DNA from: Chiloscyllium plagiosum
Lineage: Eukaryota
DNA length: 64,000 bases
Assembly (NCBI RefSeq): GCF_004010195.1
Contig: NC_057719.1
Location: 89,535,620-89,599,619, forward strand
Reading direction: 5' to 3'
Under the pieces are notes generated by a model. The model did not search any database, was not told the origin of the DNA, and worked only from the letters and a program-made list of their open reading frames with translations. A program made the position numbers and the translations under genes. Below, one piece after another: positions 26,560-37,812 of the stretch. Numbering within the stretch: the first letter of the stretch is position 1; each line of letters begins with the position of its first letter.

Positions 26560-26751
26560 GAAACATCAAAAGACTATAATATTCATAATTACATGTTTTG
26601 TTAATGCAATTTTGCTGTAACACAATTGATGATATTGGCTGTAATGTGATTACATCGCCAACACTTTAAGCGCTGTTTCTAAAGCGTGATTTTTCTATGA
26701 AACAGGGTTGCACAAGAACGCAAGCATTGCATTATAGAAGAACTACCTATA
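26560..26751. mobile_element. Tigger-like MITE remnant (right TIR only)
   Basis: Ends gcattatagaagaactacctata; interior has MITE-like gcgtgatttttcta motifs. Confidence 0.45.
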
Positions 26752-28108
26752 CATCAAGTTGTTGGAGCGGGTTCTGAGGGTCAAGATTTGCATGTATTTG
26801 GAAAAGCATGGACTGATTAGGGATAATCAACATGGCTTTGTGCGTGGGAAGTTGTGATTCACCAATCTGAATGAGTTTTCTGAGGAATTGATGAAGATGA
26901 TTGAAGGCAGAGCAGTAGATGTGATCTGTGTGAACTTCAGTAAGGTTTTTGGTAAAGTTCCGTGTGGTAGTCTGGTTAACAACGTTAGATCATATGGAAT
27001 ACTGGGAGAGCTAGCCATTTGGATACATATCTGGCTCCACAGTAGGAGATAAAGGTAATGGCTTTTCAGTTTGGAGCCTGTGACCAGCGGTGTGCCACAA
27101 GGATTGGTCCTGGGACCACTGCTTTTTGCCATTTATATAAGATGGTAAGGATGTGAACATAGGAGGTATGTTTAATGAGTTTGCAGATGACACCCAAACT
27201 TAGCGGACAGCGAAGAAGGTTACTTCTGAGCATAATGGGACCTTGAGCTGATGGGCCGAGGAGTGGCAGGTGGAGTTTAATCCAGAGAAACGTGAGGTGC
27301 TACATTTTGGAAAGGTAAATCGGGGCAGGAGGTATACCATTAATGGTAAGGTCCTGGGAAGTGCTGTTGAATAAAGAGACCTTGGACACTCAGTTCCTTG
27401 AAAGTGTAGACAGGATAGTGAAGAAGACGTTTGGTATGTTTGCCTTTATTGTAGCCATGATGTGGAAGTGCCAATGTTGGACTGGGGTGGACAGAGTTAA
27501 AAAAGTTGCATAATTTTTAACTTTGTCTTTATTGGTCAGTGTATTGAGTATCGGAGTTTGAAGCATCGGTCAGGCCACTTTTGGAATACTGTGTTCAGTT
27601 CAGGTCTACTTATAATAGGAAAATTGTTGTGAAAATTGAAAGGGCTCAGAAAAGATTTGCAAGGATGTTACCAGGGTTAGAGGATTTGAGCTGGAGGGAG
27701 AGGTTGAACAGGCTGTGGCTGTTTTCCCTGGAGTGGCGGAGGCTGAGGGGTGACCTTATAGAGATTTATAAAATCATGAGGGGCGTGGATAGAATAACTA
27801 GCAAAGTTTTTTTCCCCTGGGGTGGGTGAATTCAAAACTAGACAATATAGGTTTAGGGTGAGAGGGGAAAGATTTAAAAGAGACCTACGGGGCAACGTTT
27901 TCATGCAGAAGTGGTACGTGTATGGAATGAGCTGCCAGAGGAAATGATGGAGGCTAGTACAATTACAACATTTAAGAGGCATTTGGATGGGTCTGTGAAT
28001 AGAAAGGGTTTGGAGGGATATGGGCCAAATTCTGGCAAATGGGACTCTATTAATTTAGGATATCTGGACAGCAAAGATTTGTTTCCATGCTGTACATCTC
28101 TATGACTC
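26752..28108 (+). mobile_element. CR1-type LINE, RT and 3' end
   Basis: QHGFVRGK, VPQGLVLGPLLF, FADDT and LEYCVQF motifs; tatgactc tail. Confidence 0.9.
27452..27520. mobile_element. About 70 bp fold-back insertion with a 13 bp TSD (probably a Penelope-like tail)
   Basis: TSD tttgcctttattg (27439-27451) / tttgtctttattg (27521-27533); inverted arms gacagagttaaaaa / tttttaactttgtc. Confidence 0.6.
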
Positions 28109-28306
28109 GATAACTCTCAACCTATTTGGAAATCACTATTTAATCGCTAATCTCACCTTTGTGCATTATTGCTCACTTTTTTTTCTCCATACCTCACCTT
28201 GTGGTGAAGTTTACATTGTGTATCACAATTAAAAGGAATAGTCTGTTACTGTTTATATATGTAATATTGTTTTGATGTAGTTTTGATTTTTTAAATACTA
28301 TTGAAG

Positions 28307-28417
28307 ATGTTGAAGATGAAGATGGTGATGAAAGTGGTACAATTATTGCACGGAAAGTTGGTGAAGCTGTGCAGAACACCTTTGGTGCAGTGGCCACAGC
28401 CATCGATTTTCCATTAG
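28307..28417 (+). CDS. ZFYVE1: ZFYVE1 coding exon (linker between the FYVE domains); exact acceptor uncertain
   Basis: Encodes (D)VEDEDGDESGTIIARKVGEAVQNTFGAVATAIDFPL(G); donor G|gtaagt at 28418. The first phase-1-compatible acceptor is ttgaag|AT at 28306/28307. Confidence 0.9.
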   Translation: MLKMKMVMKVVQLLHGKLVKLCRTPLVQWPQPSIFH

Positions 28418-28959
28418 GTAAGTGATTTATGAAATAAGGCAAGTATTTCAAGGGCAAACTTTGCTTTCTCCTGTTCTCATGTAGATTTTATAATGGGTAA
28501 CACGTTTGCTATTTTGATCATTTCCATTGATAGCCTGGACATCATGTGGTTTTATGTGCTGGTATAAAAATAAGTTTAAAAAATTATACATTTTGAAGGC
28601 TTACAAAATTTTTTTAAAATATATCCCACCTGCCCCCAAACTAAAGAATGTGCCACCAAGCCCTCAAAATAAAACTGTCATCTGAGCATGATCCACTACG
28701 ATTGATTAGAAATGGTCATGTTGAGATGAAAATGAAACTTAGATCTTAATCAATGATGAGACTGTCTGGCCACCCTCTGTGTTTACCTAATCTAGATCTA
28801 TCACTAGACCTGATTATGAACCCAGCTAGGGTACTGTTCCCCACCCCTTCAAATCTGCAGGTGAACAAAAATACTGCTGCCCATACCTTGAGCAAAGGTA
28901 TCATCTGTCCTTGCACACTGGTTTCCTGTCCTGAACACCAAGATCCATTTATATATCAA

Positions 28960-30132
28960 TGCTGTTCGAGGTCCTGCCGTTAACGTGTACTTTTCCTTGA
29001 CAGTTGATCCCCCAAAGTGCAGCACACCTCTTACTTACCCGGATTAAACTCAGTTTGCCATTTCTCCTCCTGTGTCTGCAACTGATCTATACAACCTTCT
29101 ACACTATCAAGAGCTCCACCAATCTTTTGTATCGTCTGCAAACTTACTAATTCATTCATCTACATTTTCATTCAAGTCATTTATGTGTGTGTATGGATAT
29201 ATCACAAACAGCAGAGGTCCCCAGTATGGATCTCTGCGGAACCCCAGTAGTCACAGACCTCCAGCCTGAAAAACAACCTTCCACCACTACCCTCTGCTGT
29301 CTATGGGCAAGCAAATGCTGAATCCATGTGGCCAAGTCACCATTAATCCCATGCAGCATCATCTTCTGGATGAGCCTACCATAAGGGACCTTGTCAAAAG
29401 CCTTACTAAAATCCATACAGACAACATTCACTGCTATACCCTCCTGGATCACCTTTGTCACCATCGTGAAAAATTTAATTAAGTTAGTAAGACATGACCT
29501 ACCCTGCACAAAGTCATGCTGACTATCCCTAATTCGGCCATGCTCTTCCAAATGCATGTAAATCATATCCCTGAGTATTCTCTTCAAAGCTTCCTAACCA
29601 CCGATGTGAGACTCACTGGTCTACAGTTTTCTAGATACTCGCCAGTCCTCCAGTGTCTAATAAGGATACAAAGATCTTGAAGAAGCCAACAATCTGTTCT
29701 ATTGCCCCTCTCAATAACCTGGGGTAGATACCATTGGGCTCTGGGGACTTATCCACCTTTATGCTCTTCAAGAGACCCAACACAAGTTTTTTTTCTTGAC
29801 CTCAAAATGCCCTAGCATACCGGCATGCTCCACACAAATCGCACTATCCTGCATATCCTACTCTTGGTTGAATACTGGCGCAATGTACTCATATAGGATC
29901 TCACCCGCATCCTCTGCCTCCAAGCACAATTTCACTCCTTTATCCTTGAGTGGTCCTAGTTATCTTCTTCTTCGTATTGTATGTTTAAAATGCCTTGGAT
30001 TCTCTTGAACCTGGAGGTCATTTCATGGGCCCCTTCTTGGTCTCCTAATTCCCTGCTGGAGTTTTTTCCTGACTTCTTTATATTCCTCATGGACCCTGTC
30101 CAATTTTAGCTTCCTAAACCTTACAAATGCCT
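28960..30132 (-). mobile_element. CR1-type LINE RT fragment
   Basis: ORF 29177-29587 encodes QHDFVQGRSCLTNL..DFSKAFDKVP..VTTGVPQ. Confidence 0.9.
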
Positions 30133-30559
30133 GAACAGTTTTGTGTTCTATTCAGATTTAATGCCATGTTGGCAATAGGCATCATAGGTGGTCTGTGTGA
30201 GCTCTCACCTGAAATTCATCAGTTGTCTGTTTCCAAGAAAAGACCAGATAATGTGTCCTCTGGCTAATTTAATAAATGCCCAACCTGATAGATTATTCAA
30301 ACTACATTCGGTTGTGGGTATTTAACCAGTTAACAGACTATGGAAGCCCAATCTTTCTGAGCTGAGCTTGTTTGCTGTTTCTAGCTGACTTGGGGTAGAG
30401 ATGACAAATGGCTGATCAGGTGTGATGATAAAGAAATATCCAGTTACTTGAAGAATTAGTGTGGAAAGAGGGAACTGAGCAGGAGGGCAAAAGAAGAAGA
30501 AATAAGTACAATAACTATCACTTAAGAAAAAAAGTACGTGGAAAACTAATGCCAATAAA

Positions 30560-31243
30560 GATCAATAAATCCTTTGGACCAGATATTTTCATCCTCTGAT
30601 ATCAAAGAAGGTAGCTACAGAGATGATGGATGCACATGAAGTCATTTTCTAGGAATATTGAGATTCTGTAAAAGTCCCAAAGGATCGAAAAACTGCCAAT
30701 ATAACATCTTTATTTAAAAAGTAAAGGAGGCAGAAAAGTGGTAATTGTAGGCAAGTTTGTTGCGTCCCAGCTACTAGGAAAATCTAGGATATTAAATAAA
30801 TGTAATAGCAGACCATTTAGAAATGCATAACGTGGTCAAGCAGAGTCAGCTTGGCCTCATGAAGGGGGGAATCATGCCTGAAAAATGTACAGAATACTTT
30901 GAGGAGGTAATAAGCAGGATAGATAAAGGGAAGCAGTGGATGTATGTATGTATTCTCAGAAGGTTTCTTGATAAGTTACAACACATTTGGCTGCTTAATA
31001 AGAGCCCATAGTTATTGGGGGTAGTATATTAGCAGGGATTGAGAATTGGCAAGCTAATAGAAGACAGAGTTGGGGTGGGGGAGGGGGTTGCTTTTTCCAG
31101 GATGGCAACCTATAACTAGTGGGGTGCTACAAGGATCAGTGCACATTTAAGACAGACGTGAGGTATTTTTTCTGAGTGCGGTGAACCTTGGAATTCTTTC
31201 TTCACAGAAGGCTGTCAAGCTTGTGTCATTAAGTATATTCAAG
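30560..31243 (+). mobile_element. Old CR1-type LINE, continuing at 33193-33340 after the Penelope insertion
   Basis: RT remnants; the CR1 3' UTR is split at the duplicated aagtatattcaag. Confidence 0.75.
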
Positions 31244-31281
31244 TTGTTGTGGTTCTGTTCGCCGAGCTGGAAGTTTTTGTT

Positions 31282-31321
31282 GCAAACGTTTCGTCCCCTG
31301 GCTAGGCGACATCATCAGTGC
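31282..31321 (-). ncRNA. Minimal type I hammerhead ribozyme motif, intact core
   Basis: gca-CUGAUGA-U-GUCGCCU-agcc-AGGGGAC-GAAAC-GUU-ugc. Stem I gca/ugc, stem II 6 of 7 pairs, palindromic AAACGUUU helix III. Confidence 0.75.
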
Positions 31322-33078
31322 TTGGTAGCCTCCTGCGAAGCGCTTCTTTGATGTTTCCTCTGGTGTTTATAGTGGCCTNNNNNNNNNNNNNNNNNNNNNN
31401 NNNNNNNNNNNNNNNNNNNNNNNNNNNNNNNNNNNNNNNNNNNNNNNNNNNNNNNNNNNNNNNNNNNNNNNNNNNNNNNNNNNNNNNNNNNNNNNNNNNN
31501 NNNNNNNNNNNNNNNNNNNNNNNNNNNNNNNNNNNNNNNNNNNNNNNNNNNNNNNNNNNNNNNNNNNNNNNNNNNNNNNNNNNNNNNNNNNNNNNNNNNN
31601 NNNNNNNNNNNNNNNNNNNNNNNNNNNNNNNNNNNNNNNNNNNNNNNNNNNNNNNNNNNNNNNNNNNNNNNNNNNNNNNNNNNNNNNNNNNNNNNNNNNN
31701 NNNNNNNNNNNNNNNNNNNNNNNNNNNNNNNNNNNNNNNNNNNNNNNNNNNNNNNNNNNNNNNNNNNNNNNNNNNNNNNNNNNNNNNNNNNNNNNNNNNN
31801 NNNNNNNNNNNNNNNNNNNNNNNNNNNNNNNNNNNNNNNNNNNNNNNNNNNNNNNNNNNNNNNNNNNNNNNNNNNNNNNNNNNNNNNNNNNNNNNNNNNN
31901 NNNNNNNNNNNNNNNNNNNNNNNNNNNNNNNNNNNNNNNNNNNNNNNNNNNNNNNNNNNNNNNNNNNNNNNNNNNNNNNNNNNNNNNNNNNNNNNNNNNN
32001 NNNNNNNNNNNNNNNNNNNNNNNNNNNNNNNNNNNNNNNNNNNNNNNNNNNNNNNNNNNNNNNNNNNNNNNNNNNNNNNNNNNNNNNNNNNNNNNNNNNN
32101 NNNNNNNNNNNNNNNNNNNNNNNNNNNNNNNNNNNNNNNNNNNNNNNNNNNNNNNNNNNNNNNNNNNNNNNNNNNNNNNNNNNNNNNNNNNNNNNNNNNN
32201 NNNNNNNNNNNNNNNNNNNNNNNNNNNNNNNNNNNNNNNNNNNNNNNNNNNNNNTTTCGGTTGTCAGTTTCAGCTGTCCGCTGTAGTGGTTGGTATATTG
32301 GGTCCAGGTCGATGTGTTTGTTGATGGAGTTTGTGGATGAATGCCATGCCTCTAGGAATTCCCTGGCTGTTCTGTCTGGCTTGCCCTATGATAGTAGTGT
32401 TGTCCCAGTCGAATTCATGTTGCTTGTTGTCTGCGTGTGTGGCTACTAAGGATAGCTGGTCGTGTCGTTTCGTGGCTAGTTGATGTTCATGTATGCGGAT
32501 TGTTAGCTGTCTTCCTGTTTGTCCTATATAGTGTTTTGTGCATTCCTTGCATGGTATTTTGTACACTACATTAGTTTTGCTCATGTTGGGTATCGGGTCC
32601 GTTGGACTCATAACGGCACACAAACCAACAGCCATGCTCAGACAACAACTCACCAGAACGAAGGACCCAATACCCAACATGTGCAAAACTAATGTAGTGT
32701 ACAAAATCCTATGCAAGGACTGCACTAAACACTATATAGGACAAACAGGAAGACAGCTAACAATCCGCATACATGGACATCAACTAGCCACGAAACGACA
32801 CCACCAGCTATCCTAAGTAGCCACACACGCAGGCAACAAGCAACATGAATTCGACTGGGACAACACTACTATCATAGGGCAAGCCAGACAGAGAACAGCC
32901 AGGGAATTCCTAGAGGCATGGCATTCATCCACAAACTCCATCAACAAACACATCGACCTGGACCCAATATACCAACCACTAAAGCCAACAGCTGAAACTG
33001 ACAACCGGAAGCGGCAGGGACAAGCCACTATAAACACCGGAGGAAACATCAAAGAAGCGCTTCGCAGGAGGCTACCAA

Positions 33079-33118
33079 GCACTGATGATGTCGCCTAACC
33101 AGGGGATGAAACGTTTGC
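33079..33118 (+). ncRNA. Minimal type I hammerhead ribozyme motif, sense to the ZFYVE1 pre-mRNA
   Basis: gca-CUGAUGA-U-GUCGCCU-aacc-AGGGGAU-GAAAC-GUU-ugc. Confidence 0.7.
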
Positions 33119-33415
33119 AACAAAAACTTCCAGCTCGGCGAACAGAACCACAACAACGAGCACCCGAGCTACAAATCTTCGCACAAACTTTGAAGTATAT
33201 TCAAGGCTGAGACATACAGATTTTTATTCAGTAAGGGTTATGGGAGAGAGGTCCAGCAAATGGAGTTGAGGATTTTCACATCTGCCATGATCTCGTTGAA
33301 TGACAGCAGACCTAATGGGCTGAATGGCCACTACTGTAGGAGTGCATTGTATGTAATGAATTTCTTTTGTTCATTTTAATTTAAATGGACAACTCATCGA
33401 TGATGTCTTCTCTAG

Positions 33416-33648
33416 GTCTTGTGAAAGATGCAGCCAGACCATCCTACTGGGTGCCTGACCACGAGATCATTAATTGTAGCTATTGTCGGAAAGAGTTTAC
33501 TGCAAAGATGTCCAAGCATCACTGCCGAGCCTGTGGACAGGGCTTTTGCAATGAATGCTCTCAGGATCGGCGGACAGTCACTTCACGTGGATGGGACCAT
33601 CCTGTGCGAGTCTGTATAAACTGTAATAAAAAGCCAGGTGACCTTTGA
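33416..33648 (+). CDS. ZFYVE1: ZFYVE1 terminal coding exon, FYVE domain 2, stop TGA
   Basis: tctag|GT; encodes LVKDAARPSYWVPDHEIINCSYCRKEFTAKMSKHHCRACGQGFCNECS...RVCINCNKKPGDL*, the ZFYVE1 C-terminus. Confidence 0.97.
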
Positions 33649-34261
33649 TGGGCAAACTTAGAAAAGACAATGCTGTTATAATTTCAAATTTTAACCCATT
33701 TATTCATTTCTTAATTATTACATATGCATGACACTTCAAAAATGGAATAGAATTGTTAAAATAGTTCTTAACCCTGCAATTTCATTAACTCCTCAAGAGG
33801 TATATTTTTTAAAGGTTCTGGCTAATAACCAGACTTCAGTAGAGAGTTGGTCATATCACTGTAGAGAATTGTTTTCTTATTCAACTCTGTGTTCAGATAT
33901 TCCTTCGTAACACTCCCCAGAACTGACCTTTCTATAAATCCTGTGTTTGTATGGAGTGAGTTGGCAAGTGTTCTTATTACAAGAGCTACACATTACAAGA
34001 AGTAACATCTGCTTGTTTGGATGATACTTGCAGTTTTATTACATCCGTACATAGAGCAGCACCCCGTAGCTTTTTCAGTAATAGTATTGTTAAGGCAGTC
34101 AGAAGTGGCCCCACAGTGCTGCCAGTCCCCAGTGTATCGATATAAGTTCACAGTGATGCAAATTTCTCCCCTTTTCTGATATAGTTTTAAAAATATACTG
34201 AAGAGCAAGTTCCTAATACTTTGACACATTTTTGACAAGTTTATTTATTTAAAAACATCGC

Positions 34262-35648
34262 AAGTTTAGAGAAGATTTGTAGCTCAGGTTGAGGTTCTGG
34301 ATGTAAGTTTGCTCGCTGAGCTGGAACGTTCATTTTCAGACATTTCATCACCATTCTAGGTAACATCAGTGAGCCTCTAGTGAAGCACTGGTGTTATGCC
34401 CCACTTTCTATTTATGTGTTGAGGTTTCCTTGGGTTGGTGATGTCATTTTCTGTTCTTTTTCTGTGAAGGTGGGGTCCAAGTCAGTGTTGTTGAGAGTTC
34501 CAGTTGGAATGCCATTCTTCTAGGAATTCTCACGTGTGTCTCTGTATCATCTTAGGATGGATGTCCCAGTCAAAGTGGTGACCTTCCTTGTCTGTATATA
34601 AGGATACTAGTGAGAGTGGGTCATGTCTTTTTGTGGCTAGTTGATGTTTATGTATCCTGGTGGCTAGTTTTCTGCCTGTTTGTCCAATGTAGTGTTTGTT
34701 GCAGTTCTTGCAAAGTATTTTGTAAATGACTTTTATTTTGCAAGTTGTCTGTACAGGGTCTTTTAGATTCATTAGCTGCTGTTTTGTGTGTTGGTGTGTT
34801 TGTGGGCTACCATGATGCCATATTCACTTAAGAGGAGGAAAACAACAACAAATTGCCATTCCTAGATGTCACAGTAGAGCCAACAGCCAATGGGGAACTT
34901 CAAACCAGCGTCTACAGGAAATGAACACACAAGACCAAATACTGAACTACAGAAACCATCATCCCCACACCCACAAACGAAGCTGCACTGAAATATTATT
35001 TCAACAAGCCACCACACACTGCAGCACAGAGGAATTATGCAGAGCAGAGGAAAATCACCTATACAGTGTATTCAAAAAGAATGGGTACCCAGTGAACACA
35101 ATCCGTCGATTTCTCAGCAACAAACCGACAAAATGCGTCCAGAAACCCTCGCCACTCTCCCCTACATCAAAGACATCTCGGAAATGACTGCCAGACTACT
35201 CAGACTCTTGCATCATGGTAGGCATCATTGCCACAAACCTACCAACACACTAAAACAGCAGCTAATGAACTTGAAAGACCCTATACAGACAACAGCAAAA
35301 CACATGTTATTTACAAAATACCTTACAAGGACTGTGGCAAACAGGCAGAAAACTAGCCAAACAGAGGCACTATGAGAATTCCTAGAAGCATTCCAACTGG
35401 AACTCTATCAACAACCCACCCTATCTACCATCCCCTGGGGGTATGTCATCACCGACACAGGAAATTACATCATCCATACAGGAAATTACATCAACCCAAG
35501 GAAACCGAAGCACAAATAGAAAGCGGGACATAACACCAGCGCTTCACTGGAGGCTCACGTGACTATGTTACCTAGTATGGTGACAAAATGTCTGAAGATG
35601 AAACATCTGAAAATGAACCTTCCAGCTCATCAAGCAAACTTACATCCA
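34262..35648. mobile_element. Penelope/Poseidon-type element with inverted arms, in the putative ZFYVE1 3' UTR
   Basis: Minus arm 34262-34820 encodes KVIYKILCKNCNKHYIGQTGRKL. Plus arm encodes the RT C-terminus (LPFLDVTV...VYRK, HKRSC) and a GIY-YIG remnant. Decayed hammerheads at about 34335-34372 and 35555-35595; possible decayed TSD tttaaaaacatc / tttaaacatatc. Confidence 0.88.
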
Positions 35649-35711
35649 CTTTAAACATATCACTTTTTTTGTTAATGCCACATTGGTATCCAGAACACTT
35701 GATAAACAGTA

Positions 35712-35935
35712 CAGGTTTCCCCCGCTATCCAAAAGTAGAGCGTTCCTATGAAACCTTTCAGATGCTGAAATGGCGTAAAGCGAAGAACTAATTACTGTTA
35801 TTTAGGAAAAATTGTTTTCATAAAAGCAAAAATTCTCTTTGGATTTCTTTCGGTTAGCGAAAACAGGTTCTAATGTAGGTCTTTCTTAAAAGCGAAGTGG
35901 CTTAAAGCGAACTTTCAAAAAGTGGAGGCTACCTG
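35712..35935. mobile_element. Tigger-like MITE
   Basis: TA-caggtttcccccgct...agtggaggctacctg-TA imperfect TIRs. Confidence 0.7.
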
Positions 35936-35991
35936 TATCAACATGTTCATGGAAAATATTGTAAATTTTTGAGTTGTGAATGATTTATGTA

Positions 35992-35997
35992 AATAAA
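35992..35997 (+). promoter_or_regulatory. Candidate ZFYVE1 polyadenylation signal
   Basis: First AATAAA I found after the stop codon. Preceded by TGTA motifs and followed by GT/T-rich sequence. Confidence 0.5.
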
Positions 35998-36234
35998 TTG
36001 GTGGATGTCCTTTACATTGTGTCCCCTGCTTTGCAAATCATTTCTGTTGTTTATAGATATTTTTATGTCAACTTGCTCAGACTCATCATGACATCTCTTC
36101 CCTCACCGCTCCCCACACCCAATGGCGCAGTTGAGACTTGAAAGCAGGTCTCTTGGCCCAGAGATAGCGGTACTATCATTGCACTACTAGAATCCTTTTC
36201 AGTAATTTATTTATTGCGAGATTTCACATGACTT

Positions 36235-37035
36235 ATGTCATAGAGATCTAGAGCATTGGAAAAGGTCCTTTAGCCATTGAATTCGTGTTGGTCAAAAACA
36301 ATATTTTAATCCAAAAACTACTAATCAAATTTCCAACACTTGTGTGCCTTATTGTAATATTGTAAATGAACATTTAAATAGTTTATAAATGTTATGAGGG
36401 TTTCTGCTTCCACCACTCTTGCAAGCAGTGAGTTGCAGATTCTGATCACCATCTGGATTTTTTAAAAAAGGTTTTATCCTCACATCTCCTCTAAATCTTA
36501 TTGCCCTTACCTTGAGTCTATGCTCCTGAGCCTACATCAAGGGAAAAAGATTTTTTCCTGTCCATCCTCTCTGTGCTCCTCATAGTTTTATATATCTTAA
36601 TCATGTCCTGAGGAAGTGATGGATGCAGATGCAAATACAACATTTAAACGACATTTGGATCAATACATGAACAAAAAAGATTTGGAGGGATATGAGCCAG
36701 GAGCAGGCAGGTGGGGCTAGTTTAGTTTATGATTATGTTTGGCATAGACTAGTTGGACCGAAAGGTCTGTTTCTGCACTGTATGACTCTATGTCCTCTCA
36801 ATTTTGTCTGCTCCAAGGAAAGCAATTGCCAGTCTGTCCAGTTTCTCTTCATAACTGAAACTCCAGCTAAGATAAATCTCCTCTGCACCCTCCCTAGTGC
36901 GATCGCTTCCTTCCTGTACTATGAATTCCACAGCTGCACACAATATGCGAGCTGAGGCCTAACCAACATTTTGTACACTTCCAGCATAATCCCACCCTTT
37001 CTCAAACTCTTTCTTGCCTAATAAAGACAAATATA
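36235..37035 (-). mobile_element. Old CR1 3' region with a plus-strand CR1 3' piece at about 36605-36792
   Basis: Similar to the other CR1 3' ends in the window. Confidence 0.65.
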
Positions 37036-37042
37036 CCATGTG

Positions 37043-37245
37043 GAAAAAGTGAGGACTGAGGTTGCTGGAGATCAGAGTCAAAAAGTGCAGTTCTGGAAAA
37101 GTACAGCAGGTCAGGCAGCATCTGAGAAGCAAGAGAAATGATGTTTCGGGCGTAAGCCCTTCATCAGGAATGGTGACAAATAGGCTCTCCTGTTCCTTGG
37201 ATGCTGCCTGGGCTGCTGTGCTTTTTCAGTGCCACACTTTTTGAC
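37043..37245 (-). mobile_element. Miniature Penelope-like fold-back element with hammerhead
   Basis: Tail at the left end; 37195-37245 is the reverse complement of about 37075-37135. Confidence 0.75.
37136..37171 (-). ncRNA. Minimal hammerhead motif
   Basis: auuc-CUGAUGA-A-GGGC-uuac-GCCC-GAAAC-AUC. Confidence 0.65.
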
Positions 37246-37812
37246 ACGAGAATGATCCCTGGAATGAAAGGCTTAATATATGAGGAGCATTTGAAGTCTG
37301 TGTCTATTCTCAATGCAGCTTAGAAGGATGAGGGAGGGAATGTAATTGAAACTTACAGAATACTGAATGGCTTGACAGAGTTGATGTTGGGAAGATGTTT
37401 CTATTGGCAGGAGAGACTAGGATCCGAGAGCACTACCTTAGAGTAAAGGGAAAACCCTTGAGAATTTAGATGAGGAGAAACATCTTGAGCCAGAGTCTGT
37501 GAAATTCATTTCCACAGAAGACTGTGGAGGTCGGGTGATTGAGTATTTTATGACAGATTGTACAGGGAGAAAGCAGGAGAATGGGGTTGAAAACCTTATC
37601 AGCCATGATTGGAGGAATGGACGTGATGAACTGAATGGCCTAATTTCTGCTGCTATGTTCTTTTATGGTCTTGTGTTTAATTAGTAATGACCAAATAATG
37701 AATGGGAGTGGGCAGGAAAGTTGAGTTGAGGCCAAGGTGAGATCAGTCGTGATTGTATTGAATGGCAGAGTAGGTTTGAGGTGTTGAATTGCCTACTTCT
37801 GCTCCTAGTGCT
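37246..37812 (+). mobile_element. CR1 3' fragments
   Basis: gagagactaggat...tttagatgaggagaaac and a ttatggtctt tail. Confidence 0.7.

Larger units (their letters stand above)
31244..33192. mobile_element. Young Penelope/Poseidon-type retroelement with fold-back structure and 13 bp TSD
   Basis: TSD AAGTATATTCAAG at 31231-31243 and 33193-33205. Both strands encode GIY-YIG NVVYKI.CK.CTKHYIGQTGR. Arm 31244-32600 is inverted relative to 32663-33157, followed by a tail of about 35 nt. Confidence 0.93.

Noticed and set aside
28278..28281. TAG acceptor as the start of the ZFYVE1 linker exon
   Set aside because: Its phase is incompatible with the phase-1 donor at 15027.
31318..32286. 322 aa ORF, and the ORFs at 11424-12114
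   Set aside because: These are artefacts of reading through N gaps.
32270..32816. Overlapping antisense ORFs as a bidirectional gene
   Set aside because: Both arise from the palindromic duplication of a GIY-YIG fragment, and no intact RT is present.
33385..33415. ATG-initiated single-exon FYVE protein (also the ORF starts at 10135, 14823, 45599, 50428, 59091 and 63058)
   Set aside because: These N-terminal extensions are intron sequence upstream of clear splice acceptors.
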